From NCBI GenBank assembly GCA_031422615.1, contig JANPMB010000033.1:5561-69560 (forward strand): DNA of 64,000 bases, written 5' to 3'. Under the pieces are notes generated by a model that saw only the letters and a list, made by a program, of their open reading frames with translations, had not been told where the DNA came from and did not search any database. Positions within the stretch are counted from its first letter, which is position 1. Each line of letters begins with the position of its first letter. The translations under genes were made by a program, and so were the position numbers. Below, piece after piece: positions 10,310-21,424 of this stretch. The stretch comes from Amoebophilaceae bacterium. GTDB lineage: Bacteria; Bacteroidota; Bacteroidia; Cytophagales; Amoebophilaceae.

Positions 10310-10801
10310 TTATTGCCTATGAAAGTACTTGCCTAGCCAAGAATCTTCGGCACGGATCAGCCACCTGCCAACTAGTTCTTCTTTTTTAGTGATGGTGTTA
10401 TCAAAAGTAAGCATGTCTCCCAAGATAGCTCCTTGCTGAATTTTTTCTTTGAGCTGTCCCAATGGAACCACAGAATTAGCTTCACCTCGCCTGAAAGCAA
10501 TATGGGTTCTATTCAGCAAGTCTACTTGAAAAGCTTGCTCTAGCCCACGAATAAACTGTACAGAAGCATCTACAGCGCACCCCGTAGCACCTTGTAAACT
10601 TTCCTCTACAGCCAGGATAAGAAATTGATCATAAAGTATTTCAGTACTGCATTGCAGGGGATTTCCATGCGCGGTCCACTGCCCCAAGAACCCTTGTACT
10701 TTTTGTAGCATCGTCGCTTGTTCCTCCTGCTCAAGAGGACGACTGGCTTGATATACCCAGATGCGTGCTGCATCAGATAGTTGACCAAAGGGGATATACA
10801 T
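10310..10801 (-). CDS. Conserved Bacteroidota hypothetical protein (family often mislabelled 'ABC transporter ATPase')
   Basis: A 163-aa ORF carrying WTAHGNPL...ATGCAVDAS...LLNR...SWLGKYF. This matches my memory of the ~160-aa flavobacterial family. Confidence 0.65.
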   Translation of the reverse strand: MYIPFGQLSDAARIWVYQASRPLEQEEQATMLQKVQGFLGQWTAHGNPLQCSTEILYDQFLILAVEESLQGATGCAVDASVQFIRGLEQAFQVDLLNRTHIAFRRGEANSVVPLGQLKEKIQQGAILGDMLTFDNTITKKEELVGRWLIRAEDSWLGKYFHRQ

Positions 10802-10972
10802 AGTATACAGTGCTTGTTATGATACTCTTTTTGCTTACTTCTGCGTCCGCAAGTTACTATATTTCTCAACCACTCAGGCACGAGGCGCGCATGCGTCTAA
10901 TTCGTCGTACCCTTCAGAGTTTCGGTTGCAGTAAAGAAGCGAATTCCCTAAATTTGTCAATTCATACTACGT

Positions 10973-11045
10973 GGTGATGTAGCTCAGTTGGTAGAGCATC
11001 GGACTGAAAATCCGTGGGTCGGTGGTTCGAGTCCACTCATCACCA
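10973..11045 (+). tRNA. tRNA-Phe (GAA)
   Basis: GGTGATGTAGCTCAGTTGGTAGAGCATCGGACTGAAAATCCGTGGGTCGGTGGTTCGAGTCCACTCATCACCA forms a 7-bp acceptor stem GGTGATG/CATCACC. The anticodon loop is CT-GAA-AA. CCA is not encoded. Confidence 0.95.
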
Positions 11046-11091
11046 CTTCTTGCTTCCTAGCACCCATGTAGTGACATGGACACATGATGGG

Positions 11092-11138
11092 TGGAAAAAA
11101 TAAGAATGATGGCAAATAGGAGTAATCTCATCATTCTT
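11092..11138 (-). terminator. Rho-independent terminator downstream of the nrnA-like/FKBP operon
   Basis: A 10-bp stem AAGAATGATG/CATCATTCTT is followed on the minus strand by A-TTTTTT. Confidence 0.55.
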
Positions 11139-11149
11139 GCCAACAGCAC

Positions 11150-12109
11150 CTACCCTTCAATATCCACGAGCTCTACGTCGAAGATGAGGATGGCATTGGC
11201 TGGAATCAAGCCATTTCCTGCACCTTGACTTCCATAAGCCAGTGTAGAGGGAATAAATAAGCGCGCCTTGGCTCTCTTATGCAAGCACATGATTCCTTCG
11301 TCCCACCCCTGGATGACTTGTCCTACACCCAACTGAAACTTAATAGGCTCGTAAGTCTTTTGTGGATTGTGAATGCCATGCTGCTCAGCTACCTCTGCTA
11401 GGCTCGTATCAAACACTTTTCCATCCAGGAGTCGCCCTGTATAATTGACTTTTACCTGATTCCCTTGCTTGGGCTGAACGCCCTGACCTGGTGTATCAAT
11501 GACATAGTGTAAGCCAGAAGACGTAGCCTGGGCTACAATATTATTTTCTTTGAGATAGTCAGTAATGACTTTGACGTCTTCTTTGTATTGCTTTTCCATC
11601 TGCTCTTGTTGTTTTTTTTGTAGTACAGCGATTTGTTCAGTTTCCCATTTTCTATGCGCCTCTTCTGTCATAATGTCTTGCAACTGAAGGTGTAAAAATA
11701 TTTTTTCGTTTTTCTTCAGCCCATACCGGGCAATCATATCATTGAGACTTTCTCCATCTAACTTATAGATAAAATGGTCTTCTTTTTTTTGAAGCATTCC
11801 GATGATTTCCCCAAAGATACCATCTTTGGGGAGTGTACTTTCCGAGTAGGGTAGTGCTATAGGAAACTCCTGATCTTCAGTGTTGAATAACACAACTCCC
11901 TTGCCAGTTTTGTAGCACACATTGAGCAAAAGAATGTCTCCTTCTTGAGGGCTAGGGCCTTCTCCTTGCCTGACTACTTGGTACTTCAATCCTGTAGCTG
12001 TCTTCTTAAAAAATCTATGGTGGTAAGTTTTTAGTAAGAACACCAGGGAAACAACAATCAGAAGGCCGCCAAAGGAAATTAGATAGTAGAAGCGTTTTTT
12101 ATTCTTCAT
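11150..12109 (-). CDS. FKBP-type peptidyl-prolyl cis-trans isomerase (membrane-anchored, N-terminal FKBP-like segment plus C-terminal FKBP domain)
   Basis: The C-terminal FKBP signature is VNYTGRLLDGKVFDTS...GVGQVIQGWDEG...FIPSTLAYG. An N-terminal TM segment is present. Confidence 0.85.
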   Translation of the reverse strand: MKNKKRFYYLISFGGLLIVVSLVFLLKTYHHRFFKKTATGLKYQVVRQGEGPSPQEGDILLLNVCYKTGKGVVLFNTEDQEFPIALPYSESTLPKDGIFGEIIGMLQKKEDHFIYKLDGESLNDMIARYGLKKNEKIFLHLQLQDIMTEEAHRKWETEQIAVLQKKQQEQMEKQYKEDVKVITDYLKENNIVAQATSSGLHYVIDTPGQGVQPKQGNQVKVNYTGRLLDGKVFDTSLAEVAEQHGIHNPQKTYEPIKFQLGVGQVIQGWDEGIMCLHKRAKARLFIPSTLAYGSQGAGNGLIPANAILIFDVELVDIEG

Positions 12110-13122
12110 TGGCCAGGGTTTAAAATGTTGTGTTTGGCTTTGACCAGGGTTTCGAATTTGGCCACTGTTTCTTTCAGGGTAAGGTAAGAGATGCCACCTG
12201 CAGCGTTCTTATGCCCTCCTCCTTCAAAGTATTCTTTGGCCCATAGGTTCACAGGTACCTCTCCTGAAGATCTCAAAGAGAGGCGTACGGAGTCTTTCTT
12301 CTCCTTGATGACAGCAGCAAGCACAATGCCCTTGACTGCAAGTGCATGGTTGACAAGTCCTTCTGTATCACCTGTTTGTAAGTGATATTTTTTATAGTCT
12401 TCTACACTGATAAAAAAATAAGCGGCATTGTGTTCCTTGAGTACTACCAATCGATGGCTCAAGGCAAAGCCCAGAAACGCAAGCTTGCTCACAGGATTGT
12501 TTTCATATACCAACCTGCTTACTTTGGCTACATCGGCGTTATGGCGCATCAAGTTAGCTACTATGCAATGCGTCTTGGCAGTAGTATTGGGATTTTTGAA
12601 TGAACCGGTATCGGTCATGATGCCAGCATAGAGGCACTCAGCAATGTCCTGATCAACTAGTTCCTGTACACCTAGGGCTTCTATCATTTCATACAAGAGC
12701 TCGGCAGTCGCTGCGGCTCCTGTCTCTCGAAAAATCAGATCGCCAAATTGTTCTGTTGTTGGATGGTGGTCTATTACCACTTTGGTAGCAGCAGCAGTTC
12801 TCACTACTGGTTCCATTTCATGAAGCCGGTTCAAGGTGGGAAAGTCTATGCAAAAGATGACATCAGCCTTGTTCAGGAGTTCGAAGGATTTTTTCTGCTG
12901 TCCCCGAGAACAAATGATGACTTCTTGTGCGCCGGGTAACCAGTTGAGGAAAGCAGGGTATGCTGTGGGTGAGATGACTTGTACGTGGTGTTGTTGCTTT
13001 TGGAGCAACGCAGCCAGCGCTAGTCCAGTCCCTAAAGCATCCGCATCAGGGCGCTGGTGTACTGTAATGACAATGTGCTTGGGGGAACTTAGTAGTGCCT
13101 TTAAAGGCAGTATATTTTCCAT
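12106..13122 (-). CDS. DHH/DHHA1 phosphoesterase (NrnA-like oligoribonuclease/pAp phosphatase)
   Basis: It carries HQRPDADALGT, DHH in VIDHHP, and GGGHKNAAGG. It overlaps the next gene by 4 nt. Confidence 0.8.
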   Translation of the reverse strand: MENILPLKALLSSPKHIVITVHQRPDADALGTGLALAALLQKQQHHVQVISPTAYPAFLNWLPGAQEVIICSRGQQKKSFELLNKADVIFCIDFPTLNRLHEMEPVVRTAAATKVVIDHHPTTEQFGDLIFRETGAAATAELLYEMIEALGVQELVDQDIAECLYAGIMTDTGSFKNPNTTAKTHCIVANLMRHNADVAKVSRLVYENNPVSKLAFLGFALSHRLVVLKEHNAAYFFISVEDYKKYHLQTGDTEGLVNHALAVKGIVLAAVIKEKKDSVRLSLRSSGEVPVNLWAKEYFEGGGHKNAAGGISYLTLKETVAKFETLVKAKHNILNPGQ

Positions 13123-13218
13123 GGAGAAGGTGATCTACAGTACAAACAAGCCCTTTACCGGGGCAAAGTTGTAAATATTCCTATAGAAAAACAAAGAGGC
13201 ATCACCAGGTTGATGGCG

Positions 13219-14622
13219 CTACTTGCCGATACAAAACTTGGAAAACAGGTTGCCCAATAGTTCCTCTGTGGTTACCTCCCCTGTAATTTCTCCCAAATGG
13301 TAGAGTGCTCTACGGACGCCTTGTGCCAACAATTCATGGGTTAGTTGGCTTTCTATACCCTGCAATACCTCTTCCAAAGCTTCTTTGCTCTTGCTCAAGC
13401 TTGCATGATGCCGTGCATTGACCACGATGGTATCTGTCCTTTGTAACTGGTCTAGTGCCACACACGCCAAGAGCCGTGACTTTAGCAAGGGTATATTTTT
13501 TTGTTGAGCAGCCGATATAAGCACAAAATCCTCTTGCTGAAGGGCTTGTAACAAATCAGGTGGTGCAACGTCTATCTTGTTACCCACTTTGATGCAGGGG
13601 ACGGTCGATGCCTCTAGCTGCTGGATCGTATGCTGGATACTGGGTAAAGTTTCAGTAGCTAAGTCAAAGAGATAGATGACGAGTGTAGCTTTCTGGAGTT
13701 GTTCTTTGGTCTTCGCAATGCCTATGGCCTCTATGGCGTCAGCGGTATTGTCTCGCAGCCCTGCAGTATCAATGCATCTAAAATTCACGCCTCCGATGTT
13801 CACCTCAGCTTCAATCAAATCGCGGGTGGTACCAGGCATATCAGAGACAATAGCTTTTTCTTCATTGAGCAAGGCATTGAGCAACGTAGATTTACCAACG
13901 TTGGGCTTGCCCGCGATCACAGTAGGAACACCGTTCTTGATGACATTGCCAAGTGCAAAGCTTTCTATGAGTTGTGTAATGGACGTTAACAGCTCTTGGA
14001 CAAGTGTTTTTAAGGCTATTCTATCAGCAAAAGCTACGTCTTCCTCTGCAAAATCCAGCTCTAACTCAAGCATAGAGGCAAAGTGAACCAGCTTTTCTCG
14101 AAGTTGCTTGATCTTTGAGGAGAATCCGCCCCGCATTTGCTGCAAGGCTGTGCGGTGCGCCATGGCTGAGTCGGCAGCGATAAGATCCGCCACAGCTTCT
14201 GCTTGTGCCAGATCCAGCTTGCCATTCAAGAAAGCACGCAGCGTAAATTCTCCTGGCTTTGCCAAACGCACTCCATGCTGTACCAAGAGCTGTGTGATTT
14301 GCTGCACAACAAAACCGGAGCCGTGGCAGGAGATCTCTACGGCATCTTCTTGAGTAAAGGACTTCGGTGCTCTGAAGATGGAGACCAAGACTTCGTCTAA
14401 GAGTTTTTTCTGGTCATGGATGGTACCAAAGTGAATCGTATGAGAAGCCTGCTGGGTCAGGTTCTTGCCTCGAAAGACTTGGTTCACGAGTTCGATTACT
14501 CCTGCCCCTGAAAGCCTGATCACTGCGATAGCACTGCTACCAGGTGGAGTGGCTAAGGCAACAATAGGGTCTTCTTGGTGGGGGCTTTTCAAAGGTAGTG
14601 GGTGTAGTTTACAAGCAAACAT
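13219..14622 (-). CDS. mnmE: tRNA modification GTPase MnmE
   Basis: It carries [19 protein letters not shown], and the C-terminal FCIGK. I chose the ATG at 14622 (467 aa). The track ORF extends to 14718, which would overlap the divergent aminotransferase. Confidence 0.9.
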   Translation of the reverse strand: MFACKLHPLPLKSPHQEDPIVALATPPGSSAIAVIRLSGAGVIELVNQVFRGKNLTQQASHTIHFGTIHDQKKLLDEVLVSIFRAPKSFTQEDAVEISCHGSGFVVQQITQLLVQHGVRLAKPGEFTLRAFLNGKLDLAQAEAVADLIAADSAMAHRTALQQMRGGFSSKIKQLREKLVHFASMLELELDFAEEDVAFADRIALKTLVQELLTSITQLIESFALGNVIKNGVPTVIAGKPNVGKSTLLNALLNEEKAIVSDMPGTTRDLIEAEVNIGGVNFRCIDTAGLRDNTADAIEAIGIAKTKEQLQKATLVIYLFDLATETLPSIQHTIQQLEASTVPCIKVGNKIDVAPPDLLQALQQEDFVLISAAQQKNIPLLKSRLLACVALDQLQRTDTIVVNARHHASLSKSKEALEEVLQGIESQLTHELLAQGVRRALYHLGEITGEVTTEELLGNLFSKFCIGK

Positions 14623-14662
14623 GTGTACTTTCGCCGCAAACCTATAAGTATTTTCCCAACTC

Positions 14663-15868
14663 ATGAAGCACTTTCTTGCTAACCGCATCAATACCCTGCC
14701 ACAGTCAGCCACCATCATGATGAATCAGAAGGCAATGGATTTACGGGCGCAAGGATACGACATTATTAACTTGAGCTTGGGAGAGCCAGACTTTAAAACG
14801 CCTTTACCTATCCAACAGGCAGCCAAAAAGGCAATTGATGCAGGGACTTACTTCTCTTATACACCAGTGGCAGGTTATGCTGATCTTCGCGCAGCCATTG
14901 CTGACAAGCTCTGTCAAGAGAACAACATTCGCTGCAAACCTACCCAAATCGTTGTGTCTAATGGCGCCAAGCAGGCGATTGCCAATGTGTTTTTGTGCTT
15001 GCTCAATCCTGGAGACGAGGTGGTGGTTTACACCCCTTATTGGGTCAGTTATGTGGCTATCATTCAATGGGCAGGAGGCAAGCCTGTGCTGATCCGAGGC
15101 AAGCTAGCCAATAACTTTGAGGCTACTCCTGAGCAGCTAGACCAGGCCATTACCTCCCAGACAAAAGCAGTAATTTTCTCTAGTCCTTGTAATCCTACAG
15201 GTCATATATTTTCTAAGCAAGCATGCGAGGCCATGGCAGCGGTATTGGCAAAACATCCCCATGTTTTTGTCATTGCAGATGAGATTTATGAGTACATCAA
15301 CTTTGTCGGTGAGCATACCAGCATGGGCGCACTGCCGGGTATGCAAGACCGCGTTATTACCATCAATGGTTTTTCTAAAGGCTTTGCTATGACAGGCTGG
15401 CGAATAGGGTATATGGCAGCACCGGCGTGGCTTGCCAACGCTTGCGAGAAGATACAAGGGCAGACCACTGGTGCGCCTTCCTCCATTGCCCAGCGTGCTG
15501 CATTGGCTGCTATGCAAGGAGACAGAAAAGCTATACAACTGATGGTTGATGCCTACCGAAAGAGACGCGACCTGTGCTTGGAGCTTTTGAAGGAGATTCC
15601 AGGATTTCGCTACAAAGCACCTTTAGGAGCTTTTTTTATTTTTCCTGACGTTAGCGATTATTTTGGTTGCACGGATGGACAGGTCGTTATCCAAAATGCA
15701 GATGTGCTGTGTATGTACCTCTTGCAAGAAGCGCATGTTTCTGTGGTGGCGGGCAGTGCGTTTGGTGAACCTAATTGCATCAGAATCTCTTATGCAGTTA
15801 CTGAAGACCAGCTAAGAGCCGCACTGCATCGGATTAAAGAGGTTTTGGCCAAGTTCAAGACCCCCTAA
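14663..15868 (+). CDS. Class I PLP-dependent aminotransferase (aspartate aminotransferase-like)
   Basis: It carries [10 protein letters not shown] and [13 protein letters not shown]. The length is 401 aa. Confidence 0.9.
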   Translation: MKHFLANRINTLPQSATIMMNQKAMDLRAQGYDIINLSLGEPDFKTPLPIQQAAKKAIDAGTYFSYTPVAGYADLRAAIADKLCQENNIRCKPTQIVVSNGAKQAIANVFLCLLNPGDEVVVYTPYWVSYVAIIQWAGGKPVLIRGKLANNFEATPEQLDQAITSQTKAVIFSSPCNPTGHIFSKQACEAMAAVLAKHPHVFVIADEIYEYINFVGEHTSMGALPGMQDRVITINGFSKGFAMTGWRIGYMAAPAWLANACEKIQGQTTGAPSSIAQRAALAAMQGDRKAIQLMVDAYRKRRDLCLELLKEIPGFRYKAPLGAFFIFPDVSDYFGCTDGQVVIQNADVLCMYLLQEAHVSVVAGSAFGEPNCIRISYAVTEDQLRAALHRIKEVLAKFKTP

Positions 15869-17632
15869 TTACGTAGCTTGATACAGCGTTGCGTAGTAGC
15901 CTCCCTGGGCTAGTAAGGCTTCATGGGGCCCTTCTTCTTGAATTTTCCCATGCTTCAGCACCAAAATCTTATCAGCATGCTGAATCGTAGCAAGGCGATG
16001 TGCTATGAGAAGACAGGTTCTATTTTGCATCAACATGGCAGTAGCTTTTTGAACAAGTCGTTCATTCTCCGTGTCCATAGAAGCAGTTGCTTCGTCCAGT
16101 ATCAAGATGCAAGGATCATAAACCAACACGCGTACAAAGGCTAGCAATTGTCTCTGTCCCATGGAGAGCGTCATGCCCCTTTCCATAACATGGTAGCCAT
16201 ACCCGCCAGGTAGCTGCAAGATAAAATCGTGCATGCCCATAAGCTGGGCAGCTTCCATCACACGTTCTCTACCAATGTCAGGGTTTCCCAAGGTGATGTT
16301 CTCGTAGATACTTCCAGAAAAGAGAAAGACGTCTTGCAACACAAGTCCTACATTTTCGCGCAAGTTCTGGAGCTTATAGTCTTTAATATTAACACCATCG
16401 ATATGAATCAATCCTTTTTGTACATCGTAGGAGCGTTCTAGCAGATTGATGAGTGTAGACTTTCCTGCCCCAGTAGCCCCAACGATGGCCAAAGACTTTT
16501 GAGCTTCTATCTGAAAAGAAATATCCTTCAAGACATAATCCTGGTCTTCATAAGCAAACCATACATTTTGAAAGACAATTGCTCCCTGAAGTTGTTTGGG
16601 AGCATAGGTACCTGTATCCTCTACCTGTTCACCATTTTTCAGCAGCTTCATGATTCGATCTGTACTCACGATGCCCATTTGCAACGTGTTAAACCGATCT
16701 GCGATGAGGTGCAACGGGCGAAAAAAAAGATTGATATACATTAAGAAAGCTACCAGCTGGCCTAAAGTGACTATGCCGTGTATAGCGTCCTTGGCACCAT
16801 ACCAAACAAGCAGGCTGATCGACACAGAGTTGATGATGCCAAGTAGCGGAAAGTAGAGCGAATAATACTGTACAGATTTGATACCAGCATTTTGGTGTAT
16901 TTCGTTAAGGGCATTAAACTGAGCTAGTTCACGTTGCTCCCTACCAAAAATTTGCACCATGCTCATCCCTATAATGCGCTCTTGCACAAAGGCATTCAGT
17001 TGAGCCACCGCATTCCTCACTGTCCTCAGGGCACGCTTTATCTTTTCCTTAAAGATATAAGTACCAATCGCTATCAAGGGCGAGGTCGCCAAACTGAGTA
17101 GGGCCAGCCGCCAATTGATGTAGAACATAAGAACCGCCATGAGCAGCATTTGTAAAAGATCGCCGATCAATGCTGCAATGCCTTCACTAAACACATTAGC
17201 AAGAGTTTGCGTATCAGAGATGTTGATGGTCACTGACCTACCGACAGGTGTTTTATTGAAAAAGCTGGTACGTAGCCGAAGGATATAAGCATAGATCTGG
17301 ACGCGAATGTCTCTAATCACGTGCTGCCCGAGCCAATCAGAAAGGTAGGTTTGGTAGTACTGAGCAACACCCTGGATAACTAGTAAAAGAACAAGCAGGA
17401 TAGTCATCGCCAACAACCCCTTGAAATCGCCTAATACGATATAATCATCAATGGCGATCTGGACAAGGTAGGGCTGCAATGGTGCTAGTACGCCTAGCAA
17501 AAAAGTGAGGCACGTGAGGAAGTAAAAAGTTCTTTTGTAGGGCTTTACAAATACGGCTAGCTCTGAAAGAAGCTTCCGATCAACAGTTTTTGTATTTTTT
17601 TCTTTATGGCCAGGCATGTTCAGTGGAGACAT
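15869..17632 (-). CDS. ABC transporter, fused permease/ATP-binding protein (MsbA-like exporter)
   Basis: It has an N-terminal 6-TM domain, Walker A GATGAGKST, signature LSMGQRQ and Walker B ILILDEATA. Confidence 0.9.
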   Translation of the reverse strand: MSPLNMPGHKEKNTKTVDRKLLSELAVFVKPYKRTFYFLTCLTFLLGVLAPLQPYLVQIAIDDYIVLGDFKGLLAMTILLVLLLVIQGVAQYYQTYLSDWLGQHVIRDIRVQIYAYILRLRTSFFNKTPVGRSVTINISDTQTLANVFSEGIAALIGDLLQMLLMAVLMFYINWRLALLSLATSPLIAIGTYIFKEKIKRALRTVRNAVAQLNAFVQERIIGMSMVQIFGREQRELAQFNALNEIHQNAGIKSVQYYSLYFPLLGIINSVSISLLVWYGAKDAIHGIVTLGQLVAFLMYINLFFRPLHLIADRFNTLQMGIVSTDRIMKLLKNGEQVEDTGTYAPKQLQGAIVFQNVWFAYEDQDYVLKDISFQIEAQKSLAIVGATGAGKSTLINLLERSYDVQKGLIHIDGVNIKDYKLQNLRENVGLVLQDVFLFSGSIYENITLGNPDIGRERVMEAAQLMGMHDFILQLPGGYGYHVMERGMTLSMGQRQLLAFVRVLVYDPCILILDEATASMDTENERLVQKATAMLMQNRTCLLIAHRLATIQHADKILVLKHGKIQEEGPHEALLAQGGYYATLYQAT

Positions 17633-17665
17633 AGAAAATTTAGAGAGCTTTTAAGAAGTAGGTTA

Positions 17666-18427
17666 TTAGGTTAAAAAGATAGCCTTTGGATAGGTTACTT
17701 GCATCAATGTTAAACCCCGGGCAGGGACCAAGCTGGCTGCTAAGTCCCGCTCTTTTTGGTTAATCAGTGTTTCAAAAGCTGACAAGCTCAGTTTTTGCTG
17801 ACCTACTTTGAGTAAAAGGCTGACAATAATTCTAACCATGCTTCGTAGGAAGCGATTGGATTTGATACGAAATATGAGTTGTTCTTTCTGGACCAACCAA
17901 CCAGCCTCCATAACGGTACATAAAAAATGCTCATCGTCTGAGCGCACCTTGCAAAGACTCCGAAAATCCTGCTTGCGACATAAGATTGCGGCTGCTTCGT
18001 TCATCTTTGGGATGTCCAATATGCCCCGCAACAAACAGCTGGTCTCGCCCTGAAAAGGAGTTTTATTTTGTACAATGGCATACGCATACGTTCTGACCAA
18101 AGCATCGAATCGAGCATGGGCAGTGGGCTTGACCAGCCGCATGGCTACAATGGCAATGTCTGGGGGCAGTACCGCATTGAGCTGATAGTGGAGGCGATGC
18201 ACGTCCACGGTACATGCTAAGTCCATGTGAGCAAATTGTTGCTGCGCATGCACGCCTGTGTCGGTCCTGCTACTCCCCACTACTTTGACTGCTCTTCGTA
18301 GTATTTGAGACAGGCACGCCTGCAGTACCCCTTGGACTGTGGTGGCATTTTCCTGCTGTTGCCATCCGTGATACCGTGTGCCGCGATAGGCGATTTGTAG
18401 GAAGTAGCGAAGTGTTCTCTCTGGCAT
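17666..18427 (-). CDS. truA: tRNA pseudouridine(38-40) synthase TruA
   Basis: It carries YFLQIAYRGTRYHGWQ and GSSRTDTGVHA. The start is taken at MPERT; the track ORF begins 14 codons upstream. Confidence 0.9.
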   Translation of the reverse strand: MPERTLRYFLQIAYRGTRYHGWQQQENATTVQGVLQACLSQILRRAVKVVGSSRTDTGVHAQQQFAHMDLACTVDVHRLHYQLNAVLPPDIAIVAMRLVKPTAHARFDALVRTYAYAIVQNKTPFQGETSCLLRGILDIPKMNEAAAILCRKQDFRSLCKVRSDDEHFLCTVMEAGWLVQKEQLIFRIKSNRFLRSMVRIIVSLLLKVGQQKLSLSAFETLINQKERDLAASLVPARGLTLMQVTYPKAIFLT

Positions 18428-18547
18428 AGCGTTGGGCAAGCTAGGACTACAAAGATAGATGCACAGCAACAGGTTGCATAGGTACCAGTACTTCTTTTTG
18501 TGCCTAGTACTAGCTATTTTTGTTGAGCGCTAAACACACACCTAGAA

Positions 18548-20014
18548 ATGGATTTTACGGCCGAAGCCATCCTCATCGTTGGCTCATTCTTGCTTTTTAT
18601 CAGTATTTTGGCAAGTAAAATATCTACTAAACTAGGTATTCCTACTTTGCTTATCTTCCTAGCAGTCGGTATGTTGGCTGGCTCTGAGGGAATGGGGGGC
18701 ATTAACCTTCATAACGCTGCTTTGGCCAAGGTGCTGGGTGCTGTGACCCTGACGCTCATTCTTTTTTCAGGTGGCCTTGATACAGAATATGCACATATCC
18801 GGCCCATTATATGGCATGGAATACTCCTTTCAACCATAGGAGTGCTGGTGACTGCCTTTGGCATTGGCTACTTTGTGTACTGGGTGACAGACTTCAACTT
18901 GGTAGAAAGCCTCTTGGTAGGCTCTATCATCTCTTCTACCGATGCAGCAGCGGTGTTCTCTATACTACGCTCCAAGAACATACATCTCAAGCATAATCTT
19001 GCTCCAACATTGGAACTAGAGTCAGGAAGTAATGATGTCATGGCATTCTTCTTAATGATGTTCTTCACAAGCTTGTTGCATAGTGGAGGAGAGATAGAAT
19101 TTTCGTCTGCCATCCCCATCTTCTTCAAAGAAATGCTCATAGGCGGCACAGTAGGTTTCCTGATGGGCAAGGCCATGGTGCTCGTGGTGAACAAAGCACA
19201 GCTTGCGTACGAAGCACTGTATCCGGGCCTCACACTCTCTATGATTTTGTTTACCTACTCTGCCACTAACTTTATCCATGGCAGCGGCTTCTTGGCAGTC
19301 TACCTGGCTGCCTTGATGCTAGGCAGCCAGGACTTTTTGCACAAAAAAAGCCTGATTCGATTCTACGATGGGGTGACCTGGCTGATGCAAGTAGCCATGT
19401 TTATTGTCTTAGGCTTATTGGTTTATCCCAAGAAGCTTATTCCCGTGGCTGGGATTGGTATTTTGATTTCCTTAGTGCTGATGTTCATTGCCCGACCCTT
19501 GGGCGTATTTCTCTCGTTGGCTTTTTTTAAGAAGGTCGGCCACAAGCAAAAATTGTTTATCTCTTGGGTGGGCCTTAGAGGAGCGGTGCCTATTGTATTT
19601 GCCACTTATCCTTTGTTAGAACGTATTGACAAGTCTGATGTTATTTTTCATATCGTCTTCTTTATCGTCCTCACTTCGATTCTATTTCAAGGGACTACAC
19701 TGCATCCCCTGGCAAAGTGGCTCCAACTAGAAGCCAAGTTATCTACCAAGAAAGCAAAGGCCATCAGCCTAGCAGAAGACGTTAAGAGTGAGTTATTAGA
19801 GTTAGAGGTAGCTAACGATTCGGCCGCTGCTGGCAAGAAAATTGTAGAATTAGGCTTCCCTAAAAGTTCACTGATTGTGCTGATCAGCAGAGGAAAAACT
19901 TACTTAACACCTCGGGGAGATACGGTCATTGAGGCAGGCGATAAGCTCATGGTAATGACCGACGATAAGCAGGCCATCACAGATTTGAAAGACTGCCTAG
20001 GGATGTCGTATTAG
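18548..20014 (+). CDS. K+/H+ (cation:proton) antiporter with C-terminal TrkA-C domain (NhaP2/CvrA-like)
   Basis: A 488-aa ORF with about 12 TM segments and a soluble tail (ELEVANDSAAAGKKIVELGFP...GDKLMVM). Confidence 0.85.
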   Translation: MDFTAEAILIVGSFLLFISILASKISTKLGIPTLLIFLAVGMLAGSEGMGGINLHNAALAKVLGAVTLTLILFSGGLDTEYAHIRPIIWHGILLSTIGVLVTAFGIGYFVYWVTDFNLVESLLVGSIISSTDAAAVFSILRSKNIHLKHNLAPTLELESGSNDVMAFFLMMFFTSLLHSGGEIEFSSAIPIFFKEMLIGGTVGFLMGKAMVLVVNKAQLAYEALYPGLTLSMILFTYSATNFIHGSGFLAVYLAALMLGSQDFLHKKSLIRFYDGVTWLMQVAMFIVLGLLVYPKKLIPVAGIGILISLVLMFIARPLGVFLSLAFFKKVGHKQKLFISWVGLRGAVPIVFATYPLLERIDKSDVIFHIVFFIVLTSILFQGTTLHPLAKWLQLEAKLSTKKAKAISLAEDVKSELLELEVANDSAAAGKKIVELGFPKSSLIVLISRGKTYLTPRGDTVIEAGDKLMVMTDDKQAITDLKDCLGMSY

Positions 20015-20305
20015 AGCAGCAGCAAGCATCTGAGAATATGAGTATAGCGATTTGAAGAAAGTTATTTTATCGGCTTTCAATGCTGTAAATCATAAATCGA
20101 GACCTTTGCATGGTGTTGTAAATAAAGGAAGCCTTGAGGAGACTTGGGTTGCTGGCCATTAGGTGATTAACGCCTTTATCCCATGATCAAAAATAGTAGC
20201 CAGCGGTCATGTATCACTGTTTTTAACCAAACGCTGTCTTAGTACTCCCCCATAAGTGATAGGATCATCCTGCAAAACTCACACGAAAGCTAGCTTGGTA
20301 ACCCT

Positions 20306-21412
20306 ATGAAAATCATCCTCAGCGGAGGGGGCACAGGCGGCCACATCTATCCAGCGATTGCCATCGCCAATGCATTGAAGCAATATGACCCGGTTACAGA
20401 CATCCTGTTTGTAGGGGCTAGCGGAAAAATGGAGATGCAAAAGGTGCCAGAAGCAGGTTATCCAATTGTAGGGTTAGGGATTAGGGGCTTGCAACGCAGG
20501 AAAGTGCTTCAAAATGTTGTGCTTCCTTTTAGATTAATGGCAAGTTTATGGAAAGCCAGAAAGATCCTCAGAGACTTTCAACCTGATGTGGTCGTGGGCA
20601 CAGGAGGCTATGCTGGTGCCCCCATACTATACATGGCTGCTAGGCACAAGATTCCTACGCTAATCCAGGAGCAAAATGCAACTGCTGGCCTCGCCAACAA
20701 AATTCTGGCTAACTATGTGGATATAGTATGTGTAGCCTATGCAAGCATGGAGGCGTACTTCCCTGCTAAAAAAATTGTACACACTGGCAATCCTACACGA
20801 ACAGGCCTTATGCACTTAGGTGAAAAGCGAGAAGCTGCTTATACCTACTTCGGCTTAGTGCCTGACAAAAAGTGTTTATTGGTGCTAGGAGGAAGCCTAG
20901 GGGCTAAAACAATCAACGAAAGTATCTTACCAGCCGTTGATCAGTTGATTAAGGCAGGTCTCCAGATCATTTGGTCAACCGGACACTTATACTTTGAAGC
21001 TATCAAGGCACGGCTCACACCGCAGCAAAAAAAAGCTGTCAAAGTCTATTCTTTTATCAAAGCCATGGATCTAGCATATGCAGCAGCAGATATCGTGGTC
21101 TCTAGAGCAGGTGCTTTGACAGTAGCAGAGCTTTGCATGGTCCAGAAGCCGGTAGTCTTTGTTCCCTCTCCCCATGTAACGGCTGATCACCAGACTAAAA
21201 ATGTGTTGCCACTGGTAGAGAAAAATGCAGCACTGATGGTAAAAGATAGCGAGGCCATACAGACACTTGCTCACGAAGTAATTCATCTTTTACAGCTTGA
21301 GGCTCGGCAGAATATTTTGTCAAAAAACATGAAGCATTGGGCCAGACCTCAGGCTACAGCAGCTATTGTAAAAGAAATTATTTGTTTAGCCGCAGCCTCA
21401 AAGCTGAATTAG
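20306..21412 (+). CDS. murG: UDP-N-acetylglucosamine--N-acetylmuramyl-(pentapeptide) pyrophosphoryl-undecaprenol GlcNAc transferase MurG
   Basis: It carries SGGGTGGHIYPAIAIA. The length is 368 aa. Confidence 0.95.
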   Translation: MKIILSGGGTGGHIYPAIAIANALKQYDPVTDILFVGASGKMEMQKVPEAGYPIVGLGIRGLQRRKVLQNVVLPFRLMASLWKARKILRDFQPDVVVGTGGYAGAPILYMAARHKIPTLIQEQNATAGLANKILANYVDIVCVAYASMEAYFPAKKIVHTGNPTRTGLMHLGEKREAAYTYFGLVPDKKCLLVLGGSLGAKTINESILPAVDQLIKAGLQIIWSTGHLYFEAIKARLTPQQKKAVKVYSFIKAMDLAYAAADIVVSRAGALTVAELCMVQKPVVFVPSPHVTADHQTKNVLPLVEKNAALMVKDSEAIQTLAHEVIHLLQLEARQNILSKNMKHWARPQATAAIVKEIICLAAASKLN

Positions 21413-21424
21413 CAAGAATACGTA

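Noticed and set aside
14623-14718. N-terminal extensions in the ORF track (mnmE here; similarly truA, adk, the cysteine desulfurase, dut, the nucleotidyltransferase, DUF4292 and the mini-lipoprotein)
   Set aside because: The conserved family N-termini begin at internal ATGs. The extensions overlap neighbouring genes or promoters and look non-coding.
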